Assembly: GCA_041576165.1 (NCBI GenBank)
Contig: JBFGLM010000030.1
Coordinates: 1 to 60,337 of the forward strand
Direction of reading: 5' to 3'
DNA length: 60,337 nucleotides
Origin: Acidimicrobiia bacterium
Lineage (GTDB): Bacteria; Actinomycetota; Acidimicrobiia; Spongiisociales; Spongiisociaceae
The translations under genes were made by a program, and so were the position numbers. Below are positions 9,865-19,077 of the stretch, piece by piece. Every line of letters begins with the position of its first letter. Within the stretch, counting starts at the first letter, position 1. The notes under the pieces were generated by a model. It did not search any database. It saw only the letters and a list, made by a program, of their open reading frames with translations, and was not told where the DNA came from.

Positions 9865-11532
9865 ATGCCAACCGCTGCAACAAGGCTCCGCCGAAGCGTC
9901 CTCTCTGTCGCACTGGCACTGGTTCTCGCCGCAACAATGCTCATGCCCGCGGCCGGCGCGGACGAACCGAGCCACGCAGCCGAAGCACCGCGCCCCACCG
10001 TCCGCTGGCGGCCTTGCGGGCCTGAGTTTCCCGGGATTCAGTGTGCAACTGTTCGGGTCCCTCTCGACTATGACTTGCCCGCCGGCCCGACCACCCAGAT
10101 AGCTCTGGCGCGGGTACCTGCGAGCGACCGGCGCAATCGGGTCGGCAGCGTGTTCGTCAACCCCGGAGGACCGGGTGGATCCGGAGTCGGCCTCGTGCTC
10201 GGCGGATTCGGAGAATTCCTACACCAGAATCTCAACGGACGGTTCGACGTGATCGGGTTTGACCCGCGTGGAGTGGGGGCGTCTGACCCGCTGCATTGTT
10301 TCGACAGCGAAGAGCAGTTGGTGGCGTTCATCCTGGCCGTGCCGGTATTTCCCTACCAGGCCGGCCAGTATGGGCCTTTCTATGACCACTTTGCATCGTT
10401 GGCCGATCGGTGTTTGACGCGAGGTGACGACATCGCTCAGCACATGAGCACTGCCGATGTCGCCCGGGATCTGGACACGCTCCGCCAGGCCGTTGGTGAT
10501 CGCAGATTGACCTACCTTGGCTTCTCCTACGGCAGCTACATCGGCAACACATACGCCAACCTCTTCCCCGGGAACATCCGGGCGCTCGTGATCGACGGGG
10601 TGCTGGACCCGCGTTTGTGGTCCAGTGGACGCCAGGTCGAGGCGGACCGGTTCGCTACCCAGGCGGTCATGGACGAATTCCTCCGGTTGTGCGCCGAGGC
10701 AAGGAGGAAATGTGCGTTTGCCTCGCGGCAGGGCACGGCAGACCGATGGGAAACACTCGCCGAGACCGTCGAACAACAGCCAATCGATCTGGGCGACGGC
10801 TTCATGTATACGTACGACTTCCTGATCGGCGACGCGGCGGGGGCCATGTTTGTACCCGAGATATGGGCCGGGTCGGACGGATATGCGGCATTCCTAGATT
10901 TCCTGGCCGACGCTGCGTTGGGTGATCAGCGGGCCCGGGGCCAAGCGCGGACCGTGCGGCGCCACCTCGTCGAAGAGATCGATCGCCGACGGGCACGCGA
11001 AGCGGACTACCCGAACGGATTCGATGCCTATTTCGGCAACCAGTGCTCGGACACGGAGTATCCCGGGACCTTCGCCGAGTTCGTCGATATCGACGAGTTC
11101 GCTCGAGCGGGGTCACGCTTCGGGCCTTACTGGTGGTGGATCAACGCCGGGTGCACGGACTGGCCGACGGCAGATGACCGCTACACGGGGCCATGGCAGA
11201 CGAGCACGTCGGCGCCCGTGCTTGTCGTCGGCAACTTCTTCGACAATGCGACGGACTATGCGGGTGCACAGGCAAGCGCCCAACTGCTGCGTAATAGCCG
11301 GTTGCTCAGTTATGCGGGCTGGGGGCACACCGCCTACGGCCGCAGCGATTGCATCACTGGTTTTGTCGATCAGTACCTGCTCGACGCGTCGTTGCCGCCG
11401 GCCGGCACCGTGTGCCCGGCGAATCCCAACCCGTTCCTGGCGACCACCGGCGCCGGAAGGACGGCGCCCGACATGCCGAACGTGGGGCTCCCGCCGACCT
11501 GGCTCCTCCGGCCCGAGCCCGGGCGAAGTTGA
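9865..11532 (+). CDS. Secreted alpha/beta hydrolase, tripeptidyl aminopeptidase (TAP)-like peptidase
   Basis: Signal peptide; CATVRVPLDY, NPGGPGGSG, FDPRGVG, GFSYG, DNAT, GWGH motifs. Confidence 0.92.
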   Translation: MPTAATRLRRSVLSVALALVLAATMLMPAAGADEPSHAAEAPRPTVRWRPCGPEFPGIQCATVRVPLDYDLPAGPTTQIALARVPASDRRNRVGSVFVNPGGPGGSGVGLVLGGFGEFLHQNLNGRFDVIGFDPRGVGASDPLHCFDSEEQLVAFILAVPVFPYQAGQYGPFYDHFASLADRCLTRGDDIAQHMSTADVARDLDTLRQAVGDRRLTYLGFSYGSYIGNTYANLFPGNIRALVIDGVLDPRLWSSGRQVEADRFATQAVMDEFLRLCAEARRKCAFASRQGTADRWETLAETVEQQPIDLGDGFMYTYDFLIGDAAGAMFVPEIWAGSDGYAAFLDFLADAALGDQRARGQARTVRRHLVEEIDRRRAREADYPNGFDAYFGNQCSDTEYPGTFAEFVDIDEFARAGSRFGPYWWWINAGCTDWPTADDRYTGPWQTSTSAPVLVVGNFFDNATDYAGAQASAQLLRNSRLLSYAGWGHTAYGRSDCITGFVDQYLLDASLPPAGTVCPANPNPFLATTGAGRTAPDMPNVGLPPTWLLRPEPGRS

Positions 11533-11599
11533 CATACTGGGACGGGAAGCACGATACGCACCCGTGATGTAGCGTCTCCTGATCGCGAAGAGGTGGACC

Positions 11600-11953
11600 T
11601 TGCGGATCCAATCCGGACAACTGGTTGCGCTCGGCTACGGGAAGTACGTCCGCTCTGACGAGGTGATCGCCGTTGAGCCCATCACCGACAAACGTGGACC
11701 GGGGCGCCGCTCACTGGTGTGGGTGCGGGGCATGCCGGAGCCCATGGTTGCGTCGCGCGCCGAGGGCTCGATCGTGGACGACCTGGTCACGCCGGCTGAC
11801 GAAGCGGCGCGTATGAAGGCGCAGCGGACGGTACTGCGCAACCTCGTCCGGGCGGTGGAAGCTGCCTCACCAGGTGTCCGCCGTGTCTTGGACGAGGAGA
11901 GTGAATCCGACCTCGACGGTCTGATCGCCGACGCCAATCGGGTCCTCGGCTGA
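11600..11953 (+). CDS. Hypothetical small protein, possibly RemA/DUF370-like N-terminal domain
   Basis: GAGG RBS + TTG; LVALGYGKYVRSDEVIAVEP...GRRSLV resembles the RemA pattern INIGFGNIVSANRIVAI...GRRTRAV. Confidence 0.6.
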   Translation: MRIQSGQLVALGYGKYVRSDEVIAVEPITDKRGPGRRSLVWVRGMPEPMVASRAEGSIVDDLVTPADEAARMKAQRTVLRNLVRAVEAASPGVRRVLDEESESDLDGLIADANRVLG

Positions 11954-11961
11954 GAGGATCA

Positions 11962-12001
11962 CGCGACAGAGGCGGCCGCTGCAGCGGCCGCCTCTGTCGC
12001 G
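11962..12001. terminator. Perfect 40-bp palindrome, likely terminator hairpin
   Basis: cgcgacagaggcggccgctg|cagcggccgcctctgtcgcg, 8 nt after the stop at 11953. Confidence 0.75.
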
Positions 12002-12212
12002 GGTCCACCTAGGTCAGAGCCGCTTCACTTACACCCCGCCTGTGGGATGCACAACGAGAACCCGATGTGCGCATCCGGCCGTCGTTGCACGGCCCACGTT
12101 GTCATCGGCCATCGCGGCTGGTGCCAGGCCGCACTCCCCCTCCGTCTCGCTCGCCGACCCGGCGACCGATCCAGCTTCCCCGCTGGGGGAGGAAACCGTT
12201 GCCGGGCGCGGG

Positions 12213-12247
12213 AAGGGCCGGGGGTGCTCATCGGCCCCCCGGCCCTT
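12213..12247 (-). terminator. Hairpin terminator after the SH3/SLH lipoprotein gene
   Basis: aagggccggggg...cccccggccctt 12-bp stem, 15 nt past the stop at 12263. Confidence 0.65.
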
Positions 12248-12262
12248 GCGTCGCGCTTGCCG

Positions 12263-13753
12263 CTACTTCTTGGCGATGCCGGCGGCAGTGATGGCGTTGA
12301 TGTCGGCCTCGAAAGCCGAACCATTGTCGTCGGTCCAGAAGTCCTGGCTTGCCGGCGGGATATCGAACCCCCGCACCAACCAGGCGGCAATCTGAGCCCG
12401 GACGATCGGCTTGTCGGGGCAGAACTTGGTGTTGTCCGGCGGGTTGCAGGCACGGGCGATACCGGCGGCGGCGACGCGGTTGATCTCCGCCTCGAAAGCC
12501 ATCCCGTTGTCATCCGTGAACCAGTCCTTCCCGCCATCGTCGGTCAGGCCCAGCGCCCGGCTGAACAGGACCGCCACCAGCCGGCGAGAAGCCGGATCAT
12601 TGGGGCAGACCTTGCCGGTGTCACAGCCCTGCAGGATCCCGGCGGCCGCCAGGCGATTGATCTCGGCCTCGAACGGAGTTCCGTTGTCATCCGTGAACCA
12701 ATCTTTGCCGCCATCACTCGTCAGGCCCAGGGCCCGCGACAGGAAGGCGGCGGCCATGCCGCGGCTCACCTCGAGCTGCGGGCAGAACGTCTCGCCTCCC
12801 GGCTTACACGGTTGTGCCGGTGGCGGTTCCGTTGGCGCCGGTGGTTGCAGCTTGAGGAAGGTGGCGTTTACCCAGCCAACCTTGCCATCCGCCAGCTCGA
12901 CTTCCCGCCAAAGCGAGCCGCTCACTTCAGCCCGGTTGCCCGTGCTTTTGATGTCCTTGGCGTCGGCGGCCAGCGTGGTGATAACCGCCTCGTGGGTGCC
13001 GGGGCCCTTGCGGACGTTCAGCCGCTCGGAGCCTTCCAGGCTGGTGACCTGATAGACGGCCGGCTGATCGTCGGGCAACGTTATGACCTCGGGAGTCAGG
13101 AATCGTGAGTTGACCCATCCGGTCTTGCCAATGGCATATTCAACCTCAAACCAGATCGCATCACGCACTTCGGCGCGAAGACCGGTCGTTTGGACCGTTG
13201 TATCCAGCGCCAGGGTGGTGAGCACGGCGTGACTGACGCCGGGGTTGGTCCGCACGTTCAGCTTCTCGCCGGCCGAGAGGCCCGTCACGACGAACTTGCC
13301 GGGCCGCACTGAGCTCAACTCGTTGATCTGCGGGACCAGGTTCGAGGCCGGTATCCAACCCACCTCATCGCCCGGCAGCTCGACCTCGAGCCAGATCACA
13401 CCATCGACCTCGGCTGTGTCACCGGTGGTCATGATGTCGCGAGCGGTAGGCGTGAACCGGTGGACGGCAGGATCAGTCGAACCCGGCTCGGAACGTACGA
13501 GGACGTTGGTGTTGGTGTTCGACACCTGGAACAGGCCGACTTCGCCGTCACGCGTGATCTTGATCGGCGCAACCGCGATCGTCGTGGTGGTGGTAGAGGT
13601 CGGGGCGGTGGTCGTGGAGGTGGTGGAGTCCGGTGGCTGTGTGGTGGGGGGAGGCGAGGTGATGGTGGTGGTGTTGCCGGTCTCACTGCTCTGGCAGGCG
13701 GCGGCGATGACGCCGATGACCAGAGCCAAGACAAGGAATCTCCAGGCACGCAA
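12263..13753 (-). CDS. Lipoprotein with three bacterial SH3-like domains and C-terminal SLH domains
   Basis: IAAAC lipobox, Thr/Pro linker, three LxVR..PG...W.EVE...GW repeats, then WFTDDNG..FEAEIN..AAAGI SLH repeats; AAAGGAG RBS + TTG. Confidence 0.88.
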   Translation of the reverse strand: MRAWRFLVLALVIGVIAAACQSSETGNTTTITSPPPTTQPPDSTTSTTTAPTSTTTTTIAVAPIKITRDGEVGLFQVSNTNTNVLVRSEPGSTDPAVHRFTPTARDIMTTGDTAEVDGVIWLEVELPGDEVGWIPASNLVPQINELSSVRPGKFVVTGLSAGEKLNVRTNPGVSHAVLTTLALDTTVQTTGLRAEVRDAIWFEVEYAIGKTGWVNSRFLTPEVITLPDDQPAVYQVTSLEGSERLNVRKGPGTHEAVITTLAADAKDIKSTGNRAEVSGSLWREVELADGKVGWVNATFLKLQPPAPTEPPPAQPCKPGGETFCPQLEVSRGMAAAFLSRALGLTSDGGKDWFTDDNGTPFEAEINRLAAAGILQGCDTGKVCPNDPASRRLVAVLFSRALGLTDDGGKDWFTDDNGMAFEAEINRVAAAGIARACNPPDNTKFCPDKPIVRAQIAAWLVRGFDIPPASQDFWTDDNGSAFEADINAITAAGIAKK

Positions 13754-14148
13754 ATCTGAATCTCCTTTACTCGGGTGCGTGCGCGCACGTTTTCCTTGTG
13801 CCGATGAGTTGTCGCAAGAGGTGTTGGCTCTGACGGCCTCCGTTGGGGCGTTCCGGGAACCCCTTCAATGATTAGACGCGTGGGAGGGGCGGAAGGTTTC
13901 CAAGATCTCCAAGAAAGTGGATCGCCGGCGGCGGGTGCGGACGGAGGCCCGTCCGCCCGGATGCTGCCAGGCCATCGCAGGCGGACGGGGACACTCCCGA
14001 GAAGTGGCCTCCCTAGTGCCACCCCTCGCTCCGGAGCAGTGTACTGGTATGAACTGCCAAAAGTCATACTCGGCGCACATAACGTTTCGCGGCCATCTGC
14101 CGCACGAAGTACGCTCGCCCTCGGGCCACGAATCAAGCTGAGGACAAG

Positions 14149-15126
14149 ATGGCGGGGATTCTCGGTTTCGGCGGGTACACCCCCAAGCAGGTCGTGAGCA
14201 ACGACGATTGGGCACAGCGGCTGGACACGTCCGACGAATGGATCACCCAGCGAACAGGGATCAAGCGTCGCCGCTTCGTCGCTGAGGACGAAACCACGGT
14301 TGATCTGGCTGCGGCTGCTGCGGAACTCGCCATCGATGACGCCGGCCTGACCGCTAGCGACATCGACGAGATCATCGTGGCCACCGACACCCCTGAGATG
14401 CTCACGCCGGACACGGCGTCCTTCCTGCAGCAGCAGCTGGGATGCCGGGAGATCCCGGCGTTTGACTTGGGAGGCAGCGGCTGCGCGGGGTTCGTGCTGG
14501 GTCTCGACATCGCCCGGGCCCGGGCCCATCTCAAACCCAAAGTAGTGCTGATAGTGGGAGTGGAGGTGATCAGCCGCATGATCTCCCTGGAGGATCGGAG
14601 CACCGCAGTGCTGTTCGGCGACGGGGCGGGCGCGGTCGTCGTGGGGCCCGCACCGGGCCGCGCCCGATTGCTGGCTGCCACGGCCGGGACCGACGGCGCG
14701 CAGAGCCACATCCTGAATGTGCGGGTGGGAGGAACCCGGTTCCCATTCTCTCAGGCCACCATCGACGATGGATCCGTCGGCCACCTCATCATGGACGGCC
14801 AGGGAGTGTTCAAACACGCAGTCCAGCGCATGAGCGCAGCTGTCGAGGATGTCATCGGTCAGATCAACCGTACCGTCCGAGACATTGCGCTGATCGTGCC
14901 CCACCAGGCCAATGTGCGGATCATCGACGCGGTCCGCCGGCGAGCGGGCCTCGAGCCCGACCAGGTCTACGTCAACGTGGACGAATACGGCAACACCGGA
15001 TCGGCGTCGGTGCCCCTGGCGCTGTGGGAGGCGGTAGAGACGGGTCGTGTGCATTCTGGCGACCTGGTGGTGCTGACCGCATTCGGAGCCGGATTCCACT
15101 GGGCGGCGGCCGCCCTACAATTCTGA
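14149..15126 (+). CDS. fabH: 3-oxoacyl-ACP synthase III
   Basis: DTSDEWITQRTGI, FDLGGSGCAGF (Cys), LFGDGAGA, PHQAN (His), YGNT (Asn), FGAG. Confidence 0.93.
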   Translation: MAGILGFGGYTPKQVVSNDDWAQRLDTSDEWITQRTGIKRRRFVAEDETTVDLAAAAAELAIDDAGLTASDIDEIIVATDTPEMLTPDTASFLQQQLGCREIPAFDLGGSGCAGFVLGLDIARARAHLKPKVVLIVGVEVISRMISLEDRSTAVLFGDGAGAVVVGPAPGRARLLAATAGTDGAQSHILNVRVGGTRFPFSQATIDDGSVGHLIMDGQGVFKHAVQRMSAAVEDVIGQINRTVRDIALIVPHQANVRIIDAVRRRAGLEPDQVYVNVDEYGNTGSASVPLALWEAVETGRVHSGDLVVLTAFGAGFHWAAAALQF

Positions 15127-15256
15127 CGCTGAGTCCACCTGTTCGCGCGAAGAGCGAACAGACCACTCACAGTCAAACGGGTGAAGTTTCGGAATCGTAA
15201 TGCCGAGAAACTCGTTGACGGATAAGTAGCATCGCCGCACTTCCCCGGAGGAATGC

Positions 15257-16198
15257 GTGGTCACTCGACGCCGACGCGAAGAATTAGAGGGCTCCGAAGA
15301 TCCGGTACGCCAGTACCTCGATGAGATCGGCGCGTACGACCTCCTCACTGCCGAGGACGAGGTTCGGCTCGCCAAGGCCATCGAGCGGGGTAAGAAAGCC
15401 GAACGCGCGCTGGAGAATCAGTTAGATCTGGGCGACGAGGAGCGGGCGAAGCTCACCGCCGTCGTCCGCAGGGGTCAGGCGGCCCGCCAGACATTCATCC
15501 GCGCCAACCTGCGCCTCGTGGTGTCCATTGCCAAGCGATATGCCCGGTCCGGCCTACCGTTGCTCGACCTGATTCAGGAAGGCAACCTGGGATTGATTCG
15601 GGCGGTCGAAAAGTTCGAGTACCGCAAAGGCTTCAAGTTCTCCACATATGCCACCTGGTGGATCCGTCAAGCGATCACTCGGGCGATCGCCGACAAAGGC
15701 CGGACGATCCGGGTGCCGGTCCACATGATGGACACCATCACCCAGGTGCACGCTACGGAGAACAACTTGCTGAAGCGGCTGGGCCGTAAGCCCACCCCCG
15801 GAGAGATCGCTGAGGAGTCGGGCCTGAGCGAGGCCAAGGTAATGGAAGCGATCAAGGTGTCCCCCGAGCCGGTATCCATCTTCGAGCCCATCGGAGAAGA
15901 TGACGCGGTGCTGGGCGATTTCATCCAGGATTCCGAAGCTGACGCGCCGTTCGATCTGGTAGCCAAAGGTCTCCGGCGTCAAGATCTGGAACGAGTGCTG
16001 GCCAAGCTCAACGAGCGGGAACGAACGGTTCTCACGATGAGGTATGGGCTCGACAACGGAATCCCACGGACGCTCGACGACGTCGGACGCCACTTCAATC
16101 TGACCCGGGAGCGAATCCGCCAGATAGAAGCCAAGGCCCTGGCCAAGCTGCGCCACCCCAGCTCCCCCGGCGGCGCCAAAGGCCTCTTCGCCCTCTAG
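15257..16198 (+). CDS. RpoD/SigA-family sigma-70 factor lacking region 1.1 (probably group 2)
   Basis: [57 protein letters not shown]; only 313 aa. Confidence 0.92.
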   Translation: MVTRRRREELEGSEDPVRQYLDEIGAYDLLTAEDEVRLAKAIERGKKAERALENQLDLGDEERAKLTAVVRRGQAARQTFIRANLRLVVSIAKRYARSGLPLLDLIQEGNLGLIRAVEKFEYRKGFKFSTYATWWIRQAITRAIADKGRTIRVPVHMMDTITQVHATENNLLKRLGRKPTPGEIAEESGLSEAKVMEAIKVSPEPVSIFEPIGEDDAVLGDFIQDSEADAPFDLVAKGLRRQDLERVLAKLNERERTVLTMRYGLDNGIPRTLDDVGRHFNLTRERIRQIEAKALAKLRHPSSPGGAKGLFAL

Positions 16199-16294
16199 AT
16201 CGGCTCCGCTGCTCGAACCCGACGACCCAAAGACTGGCACGCTCCTAATCGCGCCTCAATTGGCGTCCGGCGGGGACACGCCGGGCGACGAACC

Positions 16295-16393
16295 ACCAAC
16301 CCGGGCCGAAACCCGCTTGGCGCGCATCGTCAGCCGGCCACAGCAGGAAAACGAGTACGGCCGCGGGCCCTACGACCAACCCGGGCCGAAACC
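16295..16393. repeat. 19-bp direct repeat ACCAACCCGGGCCGAAACC, two copies 80 bp apart
   Basis: Exact copies at 16295-16313 and 16375-16393 between convergent genes. Confidence 0.85.
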
Positions 16394-16405
16394 TGTTCGG
16401 GCCCT

Positions 16406-16864
16406 CTACACGACCATCCAATCGGTCTGAACGGTGGTTTCCTCGACCGTACAGCGGATGCTGACTGGTCCGACGGGAACATCGAGGAACGTGAACCGGC
16501 CCAGGGAGTCCGACGAGGCGTTGCGCACCTCGCCCTGATAGAGGAGCTCGATCTCGGCGGCCTGCGGCGGGACCAGCTGACCTACGAGGCGGCGGGCGCC
16601 TTCCGCCATCACCACCACCTCGATCTCCAAGCCCGGCGCCCGGAAGGTCATCTGGCGCGCCCCGCCGGCAGAGCGAACTCCCGCCAGCTGATCATCAGCC
16701 GAGTCGAACACCAGCTCGGCGAGTTCCGCGTCGATGCTCCGCCAGGTGAAGGCGGCTCGGGCGAATTCGGTTGCCACCGCCGGAACCGGATCCAGCTCGT
16801 CGAGAGTGATACCCAGCTCGGCGAGCAGCTGTTCCTCACTCCAATGCGAAGCATCAACGTTCAT
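16406..16864 (-). CDS. Soluble ECF-associated protein (acidic helical N-terminus, beta-sandwich/carboxypeptidase-regulatory-like C-terminus); putative anti-sigma
   Basis: Overlaps the ECF stop by 11 bp; DPVP...ARAAFTWR.IDAELAEL.FDS, LVGQLVPP, D.LGRF.F..VP.GP; no TM segment. Confidence 0.75.
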   Translation of the reverse strand: MNVDASHWSEEQLLAELGITLDELDPVPAVATEFARAAFTWRSIDAELAELVFDSADDQLAGVRSAGGARQMTFRAPGLEIEVVVMAEGARRLVGQLVPPQAAEIELLYQGEVRNASSDSLGRFTFLDVPVGPVSIRCTVEETTVQTDWMVV

Positions 16865-17423
16865 CGTTCTGGTCCTTTCCTTCTGCCGCCTCCAGCAGCT
16901 GCCGGAGCCGCTTGATGCACCGTCCGCGGGTCGGACCGATGCTCCCTACCGGGCGGCCGATCAGTTGGCTGATCGTTTCGTAGTCGAGTGGTGGGTCGGC
17001 CGTCAGCAAGCGCATGAGCTGCTGACAGTCGTCGCCCAGTGTCTGAAAAGCGCGTGCCATGGCGGCCCGCTCCTCGGAGCTCATCAAACCGTCATCCACC
17101 GGGGCGGCTGAGACGTCTGCAACGTCGTACTCAAAAGCTGAGGGGGTTTGCCGTTTCATCCGATTCAGGGTCCTGATCGACTCGTTGCGGGCCGTGGTTG
17201 CCAGCCACGACGGCAGGCTCTGCGGGTCCCGGATTCGGGCGTGATGTTCAACCAGTCGAAGCCAGACGGTTTGTGTCACGTCGAGCGCCGACGCTTGATC
17301 CAGGCGAAACGAACGCACTACCGACCAGACGAGGCGCTCGTATCGCGCAACGATCGCGTTCCACGCCTCCTGAGAGCCGGTCGCCGCTTCCGCGAGCAGC
17401 TCCGCCACGGATTGACCTTCCAT
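16854..17423 (-). CDS. ECF sigma-70 factor
   Basis: AWNAIVARY, DVTQTVWLRL, WLATTARN (region 2); YETISQLIGRPVGSIGPTRGRCI (region 4). Start chosen from TAGGCT -10 8 nt upstream. Confidence 0.92.
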   Translation of the reverse strand: MEGQSVAELLAEAATGSQEAWNAIVARYERLVWSVVRSFRLDQASALDVTQTVWLRLVEHHARIRDPQSLPSWLATTARNESIRTLNRMKRQTPSAFEYDVADVSAAPVDDGLMSSEERAAMARAFQTLGDDCQQLMRLLTADPPLDYETISQLIGRPVGSIGPTRGRCIKRLRQLLEAAEGKDQNDER

Positions 17424-17553
17424 GGCCGCGCAGCCTAAACGTGTGCCCCGCAGGGCCGCTGTTTCCGATGTCATGGACAAATCTCCATTCCGCCCAGAAC
17501 AGGACTCCGGTCACCCCCGCCAAATACCCCCTTTTCGCCGGTTGTAGCGATGG

Positions 17554-19002
17554 TCACACGAGGTTGATGACCGTTCCCAAATCCGGAAGTCGGAAGAGGC
17601 CATGCCGGTGCACCACCCGATCGGCAGCCGTCGTTGCGTTTGATTTCGATTGCGCCATCTCGGCGGCGATCGCGGCGGCTACCTTCGGCGCCGCAAACGA
17701 GGTACCCGACCACATCGCAAATCCCTCGTAGTCGTCCGGGTCGTCACCCTCAGCGAGTTCGGGCCCGAAGTTGTGGTCGAAGAAGGTGGAGATGACGTCG
17801 ATCCCGGGGGCGCAGGCGTCGACCCACGAGCCGTAGTTGGAGAACCAGGCCCGCTCTGAGCAGTCGAGGGCTCCCACCCCAATCACGTTTTCGAGCGCAG
17901 CCGGCCAAGCCTTCCGACAGGTGTTGCTGTTGCCCGCCGCCGCCACGACCACGGCGCCTTGTGCTGTGAACTCCTCGATGACGGTGGCCAGCAGCGGCGG
18001 CGGCTGGTCGCCCTCTGTGAAACCACTGAGCGACATGTTGATGATTGCGTCGGACAAGTCCCTTCCGTTGCCGGCGAGGCGACGCCGGAACTGGTTGAGC
18101 GACGCGGAAATGGAGGCGTCGTCGCCGTCACCGAAACTGGTGAGGCATCCTTCGATCTCGACGTTGCAGGTCGGCGCCAGCCGTCGCACGATGCCGGCGA
18201 TGAATGTGCCGTGTCCGGCCTGGCGGTCCAGCAGACCGTCACCGTTCTCATCCATGAGGTCCTCGTCGGCGCCTCGCAATACAGCACCCTGCCGGAACCG
18301 CTCGACCACCTCCCATCGGCTGTGCACCGTCACATGCCGCAGGTCCGGATGCGCGGGCCGGCGGCGCCCGCCCCGGACGGTGGTCGTGGCCAGGCCGGTA
18401 TCCAAGACGGCCACGATCGGGTGATCCTTGGGTCTGGTGGAAGGCCACTCCCCCGGTTTGGTCACAGGAACCGCGTTGTTGATGTTGGGGTTGGCGAAGT
18501 AGGCCGGGTTGGCGAAATAGGCCGGGTTGGCGAAGTACGCCGGGTTGGCGAAATAGGCCGGATTGGCGAAGTACGCCGGGTTGGCGAGATAAGCCGGGCT
18601 GCCCTGGAAATCCTGGGCGAAGAAGACGTGGTTGAGCCACGCCTCGGACACGCTGCCGGATGTGCGCAGCTCGCCGACTGCTACCTCCGCCAGGGGCTGA
18701 TCAAAGTTGGCACCGTTCCTCAGGAACAGCAACGATCGTCGGCCCGGCACCCTGATGCTACGAGATACCTCGATTTCGCATCGCGCGAGCACTTCGGTGG
18801 CGGACCCTACTTCCGCCCTGGGCACGATCACCTGGCTGGTCCGATGCGTCGCACCGTCGCTGCTGACGGCGATGCCCCGGTGGGCCAGCTCCCACTGATA
18901 CAGGTTGGCCTGATATCTCAGATGCTCTTCCAGCGGCGCGCTCTCGCCGGGCGGCTCCGGTTGCGGCTCGTTCGTATATCCGTTCGCCTCCTGTTTCGCC
19001 AT
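17554..19002 (-). CDS. Cytoplasmic S8 family subtilase with hexapeptide-repeat insert
   Basis: VAVLDTG (Asp), GHGTFIAG (His), AAAGN (oxyanion), WSGTSFAAP (Ser); no signal peptide; AGGAGG RBS. Confidence 0.93.
   Translation of the reverse strand: MAKQEANGYTNEPQPEPPGESAPLEEHLRYQANLYQWELAHRGIAVSSDGATHRTSQVIVPRAEVGSATEVLARCEIEVSRSIRVPGRRSLLFLRNGANFDQPLAEVAVGELRTSGSVSEAWLNHVFFAQDFQGSPAYLANPAYFANPAYFANPAYFANPAYFANPAYFANPNINNAVPVTKPGEWPSTRPKDHPIVAVLDTGLATTTVRGGRRRPAHPDLRHVTVHSRWEVVERFRQGAVLRGADEDLMDENGDGLLDRQAGHGTFIAGIVRRLAPTCNVEIEGCLTSFGDGDDASISASLNQFRRRLAGNGRDLSDAIINMSLSGFTEGDQPPPLLATVIEEFTAQGAVVVAAAGNSNTCRKAWPAALENVIGVGALDCSERAWFSNYGSWVDACAPGIDVISTFFDHNFGPELAEGDDPDDYEGFAMWSGTSFAAPKVAAAIAAEMAQSKSNATTAADRVVHRHGLFRLPDLGTVINLV
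18487..18594 (-). repeat. 18-bp tandem repeat x6 encoding AY(L/F)ANP
   Basis: SP-AYLANP-(AYFANP)5-NINN; DNA units differ mostly at synonymous positions. Confidence 0.97.
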
Positions 19003-19033
19003 TGTGCAGACCTCCTACCGCGTCGATCGACCA

Positions 19034-19058
19034 GAGCAGTCGGACCTGGCGGTGATAC
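19034..19058 (-). promoter_or_regulatory. Putative ECF promoter of the subtilase gene (GTATCA-N15-GCTC)
   Basis: Same motif and spacing recurs at 21806-21830; lies about 30 nt upstream of the S8 start. Confidence 0.5.
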
Positions 19059-19077
19059 GTCTTCTAGCATCCCGGCG

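Noticed and set aside
13754-14148. c-di-AMP (ydaO) riboswitch upstream of the SH3/SLH gene
   Set aside because: Plausible context, but the conserved GAATC / GGGGTGAA / CCGTCAGCTAAC elements are not present in order.
15257-16198. Group-2 sigma as part of the protease-ECF module, or as the principal sigA
   Set aside because: Convergent orientation and no shared motif with the module; too short and lacking region 1.1 for a confident sigA call.
16295-16393. Mini-CRISPR reading of the 19-bp direct repeat
   Set aside because: Only two copies, repeat too short and 61-bp spacer too long.
18487-18594. Possible CRISPR array
   Set aside because: Contiguous 18-bp units with no spacers, in frame within a CDS; no cas genes in the window.
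17959-19077. 373-aa N-terminal extension of the CHAT ORF (1257 aa) with VGEIGR-like repeats
   Set aside because: It is the antisense shadow of the subtilase gene; the repeat is better conserved as AYFANP on the minus strand and a leaderless start fits at 19078.
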